In this document: positions 19,701 through 27,130 of the stretch, in pieces
Numbering within the stretch: position 1 is the stretch's first letter
How the letters are laid out: every line of letters begins with the position of its first letter
NCBI GenBank assembly: GCA_044222245.1
Contig: JBGANQ010000041.1
Span: forward strand, 5,234-69,233
Origin: Polyangia bacterium
Lineage (GTDB): Bacteria > Myxococcota_A > Polyangia > Palsa-1104 > JAEUJZ01
Direction of reading: 5' to 3'
Length of the DNA stretch: 64,000 nt
Position numbers and translations under genes: made by a program
Notes under the pieces: model-generated
Databases searched by the model: none
Seen by the model: the letters and a program-made list of their open reading frames with translations, nothing else
Told to the model about the DNA's origin: nothing

Positions 19701-20010
19701 CATCGGCCAGGGTGACATCGGCGCTGGTGCCCAGCACCTGCGCCAGCAGGCGGGTGCGGTTGGCGTGGTCAAAGGGGAAGTGCCCGGTGAGCAGCTCGTA
19801 GCCGAGCACCCCGACCGCGTACAGGTCGGACTCGACCGAGGGCTGCTGCCCGAGCAGCAGCTCCGGTGCCATGTACAGCACGGTGCCAGCGGCGGTCCCG
19901 CGCAGCTTGGCCGCCTGCACTGCCTGCGCGGCGATGCCGAAGTCCACCACCTTGATCTCGCCGTCTACGCACAGCACGTTGGCCGGCTTCAGATCACGGT
20001 GACTGATCCG
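16780..20010 (-). CDS. Kinase C-lobe / AAA (STAND-like) ATPase / TPR-like protein; kinase N-lobe missing (5'-truncated, possibly pseudogenised kinase part)
   Basis: HRDLKPAN, DFG, GTVLYMAPE present but no Gly-rich loop or VAIK upstream; Walker A GESGVGKS, Walker B LEDLQW; helical repeats; upstream frame open to 20193 but not kinase-like; true start unknown. Confidence 0.78.
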   Translation of the reverse strand, partial: RISHRDLKPANVLCVDGEIKVVDFGIAAQAVQAAKLRGTAAGTVLYMAPELLLGQQPSVESDLYAVGVLGYELLTGHFPFDHANRTRLLAQVLGTSADVTLADDLAEMFNSVPHVDEDEHEPSDSQVARFEARLQVLEPPLQALLRRLLARNPAQRYQDAATVLLDLNQLLDEPLAVETAQLRESFLRASRLVGRDAEVARLLAAIGEAVAGRGSGFLLAGESGVGKSRLLAEARAAALVAGMLVVRGQAVAAGGQPLQLFISVLRHLALYSELSDLAAGVLKTVLPELPALLGRAIPEAPVLDAQATQSRLRAVAEGLLLQVAQPTLLVLEDLQWADSESLALLRRIAGALGGRPLLLVGSYRSDERPLLPGELPQLTVLPLARLNAEGVGELTRAIVGSAADNAELTALLLQETAGNPHFVIEAVRVLADSAGRLAAVGQHDLPAAQIIAAWGGMKEVLRQRLERVPEPARPLLRLAAALGTRLDLRVLQVLVPAPEPGLLALLMAAAAVAVLEVEDGSWRFAHDRLRERLLADLTAEARQELHRQLAGALEQVYGSEPGHAAQLAYHFAQAADPARCAHYAALAGAEALQAGALTEAVALLTKARELHARLDPPPLERARVLRLLASALWGLGRIGDSLPLMESALALLGAPLPPTGLRLGAALLGQSARQLWHRLRPAGALSALPSGERRQLLHELLQVILGSGEMYAWTGEQEKVLLGTLLSVNLAEELDDAPALVMLYAVMGFLGAVLGLPALRERYLAMAEARLGGLRDAKAELELHRITAALHLMTGEWGPARLRYDKAMVLARTLGNSPLYLFCLLQRATVAYWQAEYAAAEADATALLGEAQRDGFPQYEVWALGTLGSVLLRRGAWAQARRQLDAAHALAQLDQAKTARIFVAGQRAWVALQQGERSTAQQLAEAALHEIRATAQTGHGALEGYFGVVTTYLELAADAAPAARRRELLQVVQQALPGLHRYARLVPIGTARAALCQARFAELQGHWPLALKWLRRALRAAQSHGLPYDQALAHLAIGRLASTAALPARERPEPRLHLDAAERLLARCGAVAERPR

Positions 20011-20183
20011 CCCCCCGCGCTGCCGCGACAAGTCGAGTCCTGACCGGCCCTCTGGACACTGGCTGGAAAGCGCGTCGCGCCAGCGTGCCGCGCGCAGCTC
20101 CCGCAGGACCCTTGGGCGAAAGGGTCCTCCACCGCAAAATAAGGGGCTGGCTGGCTGCCGGCTGGCATGGGAGCATGCGCCCC

Positions 20184-21995
20184 ATGGGCTCAACGCCAGT
20201 GGTGACGCGCAGCGAGCTGCGCCAGCTTATCGGTCGGCTGCTGCGCACCGACAGCGATCAAGACGCCTTTGTGCTCGATTACTTTCACGAGGTCTACCGG
20301 CTCTTCGCCGCCGGCATGGATCGCACCCAGAAGATCAACCTGCTCTTTGAACAGGTTGATGGCGACGAGATCCTGCAAGCGCTGGAGCAGCATAAGCCGA
20401 CCGAGGTCCGCAAGTTCCTATCGCAGCGCAGCTCCTCCCAGGCATCGCTCGGTACCCCAGAAGCGGCGCCCACCCCCAAACCGCTGCCCGACCCCACGGT
20501 CCCGCACCTGGTCTGCCTCTACGCGGACGGCTCTAGCGTCGACCGCGCTGCCTTCCTCGAGCTGCGCAAGTATCTGAGCCCCAAGCTGCGCGCCGGCGCG
20601 CTGACCCTGTGGAGCCGGGAAGACGCGCTGCCCGGCGAGCACCTGGAGCTGGTCCGCGCCCACCACCTGCAGAACGCGGCTGTCGTGGTCTTGCTCGTCA
20701 GCCCGGACTTCCTCGCCGATGCGGAGCTCGATGAGCTGGTCAAGGGGGTGCTCAAGCGGCGGACCCAAGGGCGCTGCGTGGTGGTGCCGGTGCTGGTCGT
20801 CGCCGTCGACTGGAAGAACAGCCACTTTGGCTCGCTGCAGCCGGTGCCGCGCGACGGCGTGCCGATCCGCTCGCGCAAGGATCGCGACTCGGCCTGGGTC
20901 GAGGTGGTCGAGGGCCTGTCGCAGGCGCTGCAGCATCGGCCGCTGCGCGATGCGGGCCTCGTCCCCCCGAGCAGCGGAGTCGGCGCCGCCCCGCCAGTTC
21001 AAGAGGTGCCCGACTGGGCTAGCTCCCAGGCGGCCGCCCCCAGCCCGAGCGCGGCCGCCGCTACCGCTGCTGCGCCGAAGCTCAGCGTCAAGGTTAGCGA
21101 CGATGACCTGTTTGTTCCCAAGCTGCTCGCGCAGGCGCTGCAGCGCCACGCGGTGGTGCCCTTCGCCGGCGCCGGGGTGTCGCGCGCAGTCGCAGATCGC
21201 GAGACCAACCGGCCGCTGTTTCCCGACTGGAAGGAGCTGCTCCTGGGGGCTGCCGAGCGCCTCAAAGAAGCCGGCAAGGACGGCTACGCGCGCACCGTCT
21301 CCGGCCTGGTCGACATCGGCGAGGGGGACTCCCTGCTCGACGCCGCCAAGCGCGCGCAGCAGGGTCTGGGGCCGGTGTGGTTTCAGTATCTGCGCGAGGC
21401 GCTCGATCCCCCTTTCAGCCGGGCCAGGCCAGAGAGCCTGGCGCTCGCTCAGGCGCTGTGGACGTTCGGCAGTCGGCTGATCATCACGACCAACTACGAT
21501 CACGTCCTGCGCTGGGCTTGCCCCGACAGCCTGCGCCGGGACCAGCACACCTGGGACATCTCGGCCCCCGCGGAGTTTGCCCAGCTGCTGAGCGGCGGGC
21601 TCGATCGGGCGACGGTCTGGCACCTGCACGGCTACGTCGGCAACCTCGCCAACATCATCCTCACGCCGGACGGCTATCAGCGGCTCTACCCCGACAGCTC
21701 GCATATAAAGAACACCTATGATGCCTCACTGCTGACCCTGCGCGCCGTGCTGTCCTCTCGCACGCTCTTGTTTGTCGGCTTCAGCTTCACCGATCATGCG
21801 TTTGCCGAGCAGGTCCGCTTCCTCGATGAGGTCTTCCGCGGCGCTGTCGGGCCGCACTATGTGCTCGTAGAGCAGTCCAATCTCGGGCTGGCGCGCCAGC
21901 GGCTGCGCGGCCTGACGTCGATCGAGCTGCTTCCCTTCGCGAGCCGCGAGGCTCTGCCCGCCCAGCTGCGCCGCCTCGCCGCGCTCGCCGGCTGA
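20184..21995 (+). CDS. Fusion of N-terminal effector-associated-like helical domain, TIR-like domain and SIR2-family NADase
   Basis: TIR-like LWSREDALPG...VVLLVSPDFLA...VVPVL...LQPVPRDG; SIR2 motifs PFAGAGVS, TTNYD, HLHG, FVGFSFTD; start 20175 or 20184. Confidence 0.87.
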   Translation: MGSTPVVTRSELRQLIGRLLRTDSDQDAFVLDYFHEVYRLFAAGMDRTQKINLLFEQVDGDEILQALEQHKPTEVRKFLSQRSSSQASLGTPEAAPTPKPLPDPTVPHLVCLYADGSSVDRAAFLELRKYLSPKLRAGALTLWSREDALPGEHLELVRAHHLQNAAVVVLLVSPDFLADAELDELVKGVLKRRTQGRCVVVPVLVVAVDWKNSHFGSLQPVPRDGVPIRSRKDRDSAWVEVVEGLSQALQHRPLRDAGLVPPSSGVGAAPPVQEVPDWASSQAAAPSPSAAAATAAAPKLSVKVSDDDLFVPKLLAQALQRHAVVPFAGAGVSRAVADRETNRPLFPDWKELLLGAAERLKEAGKDGYARTVSGLVDIGEGDSLLDAAKRAQQGLGPVWFQYLREALDPPFSRARPESLALAQALWTFGSRLIITTNYDHVLRWACPDSLRRDQHTWDISAPAEFAQLLSGGLDRATVWHLHGYVGNLANIILTPDGYQRLYPDSSHIKNTYDASLLTLRAVLSSRTLLFVGFSFTDHAFAEQVRFLDEVFRGAVGPHYVLVEQSNLGLARQRLRGLTSIELLPFASREALPAQLRRLAALAG

Positions 21996-22064
21996 GCCGC
22001 AGCGGGTCGGCGCGCCCGAGCCCAGCGCGAGGCGCGCAGCTCTTGCCCGCTCCAGCCCGGCCGG

Positions 22065-22102
22065 GCAGGCAAGAGTTGCCTGCGCAGGCAACTCTTGCCT
22101 GC
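22065..22102. repeat. Perfect 38-bp palindrome; each arm is itself an 8-3-8 inverted repeat
   Basis: GCAGGCAAGAGTTGCCTGC GCAGGCAACTCTTGCCTGC read directly; second half is the exact reverse complement of the first. Confidence 0.95.
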
Positions 22103-22198
22103 TGGCGCCGCCCAGACTGGACGCCGCGTCCGCTCGGAAATCCGTACTCACGACGAGAAAGCCGCCACCCCGGCGCGGGCGGCGGTCGGTTTCGGAAG

Positions 22199-22214
22199 TG
22201 GCACGCAGGTTGCT
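22199..22214 (+). promoter_or_regulatory. Sigma54 (-24/-12) promoter upstream of lanA
   Basis: TGGCAC-GCAGG-TTGCT matches TGGCAC-N5-TTGCW with exact GG-N10-GC spacing. Confidence 0.75.
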
Positions 22215-22387
22215 TTGTCCTTCTGGCACGCGCCGAGGACGAGACAGCCTTCGCGGACCGTCAGTCCTCTCCGCTTCCCAGCGAGCCGCCGCCTCCGGGC
22301 CGGGCGGCGACTCGCCGACCGCGCCGCTGCGCCTCCGGCTCTTGCCGACAGCGGCCTTCATCCGGCCCACAAAGAAAGGGAACCATC

Positions 22388-22570
22388 ATGAAGACCGAAC
22401 TCATCATCCGCGCCTGGAAAGATCAGCAGTTCCGCTCGCAGCTCGGCGCCCAGGCGCCCGCCCACCCCGCCGGTCGGTCGACCCCGGCCGAGCAGGTACT
22501 GAAGGAGAGCGTGATGAGCACCTCGCCGCAGTCGTACTGCAGCATCGGCTCGCACTGCCAGTGCGGCTAG
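22388..22570 (+). CDS. lanA: Class II lanthipeptide precursor (mersacidin/lichenicidin-type leader), 60 aa
   Basis: MKTELIIRAWKDQQFRSQL...PAHPAG leader; Ser/Thr/Cys-rich C-terminus SVMSTSPQSYCSIGSHCQCG; AAGAAAGGG RBS; directly upstream of lanM. Confidence 0.88.
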   Translation: MKTELIIRAWKDQQFRSQLGAQAPAHPAGRSTPAEQVLKESVMSTSPQSYCSIGSHCQCG

Positions 22571-22765
22571 AAGTCTGATTCAGGACCCACTGCGGACCCC
22601 GAGCCAGGTGGCGTCCGTCCTCACGGCCCCGAGGCCGCTGCGGGCGGGTGCCACGCGGCTCGGGGCGCCTCGCGACGGTTCTGAAGCAGGCTTTTTGTCC
22701 GCTAGTCCCGCAGCGTCCCGGCGGCCGGTCCGCCGGGCGGCGCGTCTTGCACCCAGGAGGCTCTC

Positions 22766-25700
22766 ATGATCTGCTCGCTCGCTGGCGCCACCCCGGTGGC
22801 GACTCCCTCGCTCCCGACCATGACTCCCTTGAGCTTCGCGGAGCTCCTGCAGCGCTTCCTGCCGCTTGCCCCAGAGGCGCCGCCGCCGCCTGGGACGCTG
22901 CCGTTTATTCCGGCGCTGTACGGTTTTGTCCGGCCCGCGGTCAGCGCCCTGCGCGCTCGCCTTTTGCCGCCGGTCGGCTATGAGCTGGACTGGATCGCCG
23001 TCGAGCGCGACTGCCTGACGCACCTTGGCGAGCAGCTTCACCGGCTCTGCCGGCGCACCCTGGTGCTCGAGCTCAACGTGGCGCGGCTGCGCGAGCTTTT
23101 GCGCGGTGACACCCCCGAGCAGCGCTTCCAGGACTACACCCGCCGCATCCTCCAGGACCCCGCCGCCTGGGCCGAGCTTGCTGCCGAGTACAAGGTGCTG
23201 GCGCAGCAGCTGGCGGCCGCCATCGAGCGCTGGACGCGCGTGTGGTGCGAGCTGTTTTGCTCCCTCACCGCAGACTTCGCGCAGGTCGCCACCCTGCTGC
23301 AGCCGGCGCTGCAGCGGCCGACTCTGGTGGCGGTCAAGGGCGGGCTCTCGGACCCTCACCGCGGTGGGCGCGGCGTCTTTCACCTCACTTTTCAGGATGC
23401 CGGCGCGACGCCCCAGCAGGCGCGGGTGGTCTACAAGCCGCGGTCGCTGACCGTGGACGCGCACTTCCAGCAGCTGCTCGCCGCGTGCAACCAGGCGGCC
23501 GCCTGCGGCACCCTCAGCCTGCGCGGCCTGCGCTACGCCGCCCCGCCGCTGCTCGGCTGCGAGTTCCCGCGCTTCCGCACGCTGCGCAGCATCGACTGCG
23601 GCGATCACGGCTGGGTCGAGTTCGTAGCCGCCGCGCCGTGCCAGAGTCCGGAGGAGGTGGCGCGCTTCTACGCCCGCCAGGGCGGCTTCCTGGCGCTGCT
23701 GCACCTGCTGGACGGCGCCGACCTGCACCACGAGAACATCATCGCCCACGGCGAGCACCCGATGCTGGTGGACCTCGAGATGCTGTTTCATCCGTGGACC
23801 GGACCCGCCCCTGCGGCCGGGGCCCGCGAGCGCGCCGAGGCGCTGCTGCGCGAGTCGGTGATGCGCACCATGCTGCTGCCGGGCCGCTCGTGGGGCGACC
23901 GCGAGCGGGCCGGGGTCAACCTGGGCGGGCTGGGCAACGGCGGCGAGCAGCCGGTGCCGCAGCCGGTGAGCTGCTGGGCCGACGCCGGGACCGATGAGAT
24001 GCGCCTGGCCACCGGACCCGGCTCGCTGCCGCCGGGCGACAACCTGCCGCGCCTGAATGGGGCGGTGGCCCCAGTGTCGCACCACGCCGAGGCGGTGGTG
24101 GCCGGCTTTGAGGCCGTGCTGCGCCTGGTGCTGAGCGAGCGCGAGCGCTGGCTGACCCCCGACGGACCGCTGTGGGCCTTTGCCCACGATGAGGTCCGCC
24201 GGCTGGTGCGACCGACCGTGGTGTACGCCGAGATCCTCGACGTCCTCACCCACCCCGACCACCAGCGGGAGCGCCTGGCGCGCGAGCAGCTTATCGCGGT
24301 GCTCACCGATGTTCCGACGGTGCCGGCCCTGCCGCCGTGGGCCCTGGAGGTCGAGCGGACGGACCTGGAGCAAGGGGATGTCCCGCTGTTCCTCAGCCGT
24401 CCCGCCAGCACCTTGCTTGCCGATTCGCGGGGGGTGAAGGCAGCGGGCTATCTGGACGAGCCGGCGCTCGCCGCGGTGCTGCGGCGGGTCGCGACGCTCG
24501 ACGAGCGGGCAGTCGGGCAGCAGGTCTTCATCATCCGCGCCGCGCTCGCCGTGGCGGGGCTGAGCCTGGGGGTGACCGCGCCGACCGCGCCGCTGGCCCA
24601 CCGCCCCGTGGAGCCGAGCCTGGGCGGGGCGCCGGCGCTGCCGCCGCCGGGAGCCGCTGCGGTCGCGGCCCACGACCAGCTGGCGGCTGCAGCCCGCGCT
24701 GCGGCCGTCGACTCCGCCCCCAGGCGCGCCGGCGCGGCGGGCGACGATGCAGCCAGCGCGGGGTCCGGGGACGGGGCCGGCGAGCTGGCGGGCGAAGTGG
24801 ACTGGGCGCCGCGCTGGCTCGCCGAGCGGCTGAGCCGCGATGCGGTGCGCGGGGAGCTTGACGTCAGCTGGATCGGCGCCATGGCGATCAGCGAGACCGC
24901 CTCCGAGCTGGCGCCGCTGCACCCGGATCTATACGACGGGACGGCGGGGGTGGCGCTGTTTCTGGGCTACCTGGGGCGGCTGAGCGGGGAGGCGCGCTAC
25001 CTGGAGCTGGCGCAGCGGGCCGGCCGCGCCCTGCACGCCGGACTGCTCGCGCAAAAGCCGGGGGCGCCGCTCGGGGGCTTCGGCGGCCTGCCGTCCCAGC
25101 TCTACGCCCTTTTGCACCTGCAGGCGGTGCTCGGCGACCGCGGCCTGCTCTCGACGCTGGACGATGCGCTGCGGATCATCGCGGCGGAGCTTGACCGGGA
25201 CGAGCGTCTTGATGTCATGTACGGTGCCGCGGGCGCGCTGCTGGTGCTCCTGACCGCCCATGAGATGACGCGCGCGGAGGCACCGCTGGCGGTGGCGGTG
25301 GCCTGCGGGCGCCACCTGGCCGCCAAGGCGCGGCGCGGCGCGGCGGGGGCCTGCTGGCCGGTACAGGTGGCGACGCAGCCGCTGCTCGGGTTTGCCCACG
25401 GCGCCGCGGGCATCGCTGCGGCGCTGGCGCGCCTGGCGCGCCTGGTGGCCGACCACGACGAGTTCGGCGCCGAGGCGGCCGGCTTCCTGGGGCTGGCCCG
25501 CGAGGCGCTCGCCTTCGAGCGCGCGAGCTACGATGCGGCGCGCGGCTGGCCGGATCTGCGCCAGGCGCCGGCGCAGTACCCGCTGGCCTGGTGCCACGGC
25601 GCCCCCGGGGTGGCGCTCGGCCGGCTGCCGCTGCTCGACCTCGATCCGCAGGCGCGGACCGAGGTGGCCGAGGCGATCACCCGCACCCTGGCGGCGCCGC

Positions 25701-25987
25701 CGCTGCTCGGCCACGGCCTGTGTCACGGTCAGCTCGGCAACCTGGTCATCGCCGATGAGGCGGCGCGCCGGCTGGGTCGCGCCGACCTGGCCGCGCAGGT
25801 GCAGCACAAGGGGCGCGCGGTGCTGCAGGTGCTGCACCGCAGCGGTCCGCGCGGCTCGCTCGCCTTCGCCGCCGCGGCGCCCGGCCTGATGGACGGGCTG
25901 GCCGGTGTCGGGCTTGGCCTGCTGCGCCTGGCCTACCCGGACAAGGTCCCGCTGGTTCAGGCGCTGGCCGCTGGCCCGCCCGGCTAA
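22766..25987 (+). CDS. lanM: Class II lanthipeptide synthetase LanM
   Basis: Dehydratase motifs VYKPR, DLHHEN, VDLE, RPT; cyclase motifs GFAHG, WCHG, CHG; start may be slightly later. Confidence 0.93.
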   Translation: MICSLAGATPVATPSLPTMTPLSFAELLQRFLPLAPEAPPPPGTLPFIPALYGFVRPAVSALRARLLPPVGYELDWIAVERDCLTHLGEQLHRLCRRTLVLELNVARLRELLRGDTPEQRFQDYTRRILQDPAAWAELAAEYKVLAQQLAAAIERWTRVWCELFCSLTADFAQVATLLQPALQRPTLVAVKGGLSDPHRGGRGVFHLTFQDAGATPQQARVVYKPRSLTVDAHFQQLLAACNQAAACGTLSLRGLRYAAPPLLGCEFPRFRTLRSIDCGDHGWVEFVAAAPCQSPEEVARFYARQGGFLALLHLLDGADLHHENIIAHGEHPMLVDLEMLFHPWTGPAPAAGARERAEALLRESVMRTMLLPGRSWGDRERAGVNLGGLGNGGEQPVPQPVSCWADAGTDEMRLATGPGSLPPGDNLPRLNGAVAPVSHHAEAVVAGFEAVLRLVLSERERWLTPDGPLWAFAHDEVRRLVRPTVVYAEILDVLTHPDHQRERLAREQLIAVLTDVPTVPALPPWALEVERTDLEQGDVPLFLSRPASTLLADSRGVKAAGYLDEPALAAVLRRVATLDERAVGQQVFIIRAALAVAGLSLGVTAPTAPLAHRPVEPSLGGAPALPPPGAAAVAAHDQLAAAARAAAVDSAPRRAGAAGDDAASAGSGDGAGELAGEVDWAPRWLAERLSRDAVRGELDVSWIGAMAISETASELAPLHPDLYDGTAGVALFLGYLGRLSGEARYLELAQRAGRALHAGLLAQKPGAPLGGFGGLPSQLYALLHLQAVLGDRGLLSTLDDALRIIAAELDRDERLDVMYGAAGALLVLLTAHEMTRAEAPLAVAVACGRHLAAKARRGAAGACWPVQVATQPLLGFAHGAAGIAAALARLARLVADHDEFGAEAAGFLGLAREALAFERASYDAARGWPDLRQAPAQYPLAWCHGAPGVALGRLPLLDLDPQARTEVAEAITRTLAAPPLLGHGLCHGQLGNLVIADEAARRLGRADLAAQVQHKGRAVLQVLHRSGPRGSLAFAAAAPGLMDGLAGVGLGLLRLAYPDKVPLVQALAAGPPG

Positions 25988-26079
25988 GGCAGGCCCGCAC
26001 AACTGGGCGCCCGGGCCGCGGCGGTCACGAACTTGCGGGGCTGTACCCGGCGTGAGGCTGGGGCGCGGCCGCCCGTCCT

Positions 26080-26970
26080 TTACAGGCCAAAGTCGCCAAT
26101 GAAGGGCTTGATCAGGTCGAGCAGGGCGCGGATGCGCGGGATCTCGGACAGGACGGCCGGTACCATCACCCGCAGTCCGATATCGCGGCACACCAGCTCG
26201 GGCAGCACCGGGACCAGCGTCCCCTCGGGGACCCCGGGGTCGGGGAGCATCGCATCGGGCACCAGCGCGATGCCGTGGCCGGCGAGCGCGAACTGGCGGA
26301 TAAGGTGAATGTGCCTGGTGATCAGAAGCGGACTGACGGACAAGGTCCCGCCGCCGCGCAGCGGCCAGAGCTTGCCGTCGGCTCCCGGGCACTCCCAGGC
26401 CAGCAGATCGTGCTGGGCGAGGTCAGAGAGGGTGCGCGGCGTGCCGCGCTGCGCCAGATACGCGGCGCTGGCGACCAGCCAGACCCGGATCCGCACGAGC
26501 TCGCGCGCCACCCACGGCCCCTTGGGGCTGGTCTCGCCAAAGTGCACCGCCAGGTCCACGTCCTCGACCAGACCCCCGGCAGGGTCATCGCTGAAGTGCA
26601 GGCGGAAGGTCAGCCGTGGGTAGCGACTGTGGACGTAGCCGAGCATCGGCGTCAGCACGTGCGGCGGCAGGCCCACCGGCAGCAGGATGCGCAGCACCCC
26701 GGAGGGCTCGGCCCCCACCTCGCGCACCGACTGGATGAGGGCGTTTACCTCCTGGACCATCAGCCGCCCGCGCGCCGCCAGCACCGAGCCCGCCGTGGTG
26801 AGCGAGACGCCGACGCGGGTCCTATCGACCAGCAGCACGCCGGCGCGCGCCTCCAGCTGATCGATCCGCCGCCGCAAGGTCGCGCGCGAGAGGCGCAGGG
26901 ACTTGGCTGCGGTCAGAAACGAGCCGGTGTCCGCCACCGCCAGCAGGGCTCTGAGTTCTTCAAGATCCAT
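26080..26970 (-). CDS. LysR family transcriptional regulator
   Basis: MDLEELRALLAVADTGSFLTAAKSLRLSRATLRRRIDQLE HTH; substrate-binding domain. Confidence 0.92.
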   Translation of the reverse strand: MDLEELRALLAVADTGSFLTAAKSLRLSRATLRRRIDQLEARAGVLLVDRTRVGVSLTTAGSVLAARGRLMVQEVNALIQSVREVGAEPSGVLRILLPVGLPPHVLTPMLGYVHSRYPRLTFRLHFSDDPAGGLVEDVDLAVHFGETSPKGPWVARELVRIRVWLVASAAYLAQRGTPRTLSDLAQHDLLAWECPGADGKLWPLRGGGTLSVSPLLITRHIHLIRQFALAGHGIALVPDAMLPDPGVPEGTLVPVLPELVCRDIGLRVMVPAVLSEIPRIRALLDLIKPFIGDFGL

Positions 26971-27130
26971 GGGTGCTCCATCGGAGTGAGCGGTTGGTGA
27001 ACCTGAGGCAGCCGGCGCTCTCCCGCGGCCGCGACCTCATCATTCAAACCCGAAGTGGCTCCATCCCGCCATCCCGCCCGGTGCCCGGCGCCCGGCCCCT
27101 GACTCCTGGCTCCTGGCTGAAGACCGGTGG

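Noticed and set aside
20184-21995. Calling the TIR-SIR2 gene a Thoeris system
   Set aside because: No SLOG or macro domain and no separate ThsB; the architecture differs.
22580-24922. Long antisense and alternate-frame ORFs (this one, also 10-1305, 35895-37871, 52045-54567, 54709-57048)
   Set aside because: Shadow ORFs typical of high-GC genomes; they overlap well-supported genes and have Arg/Gly/Pro-skewed composition without motifs.
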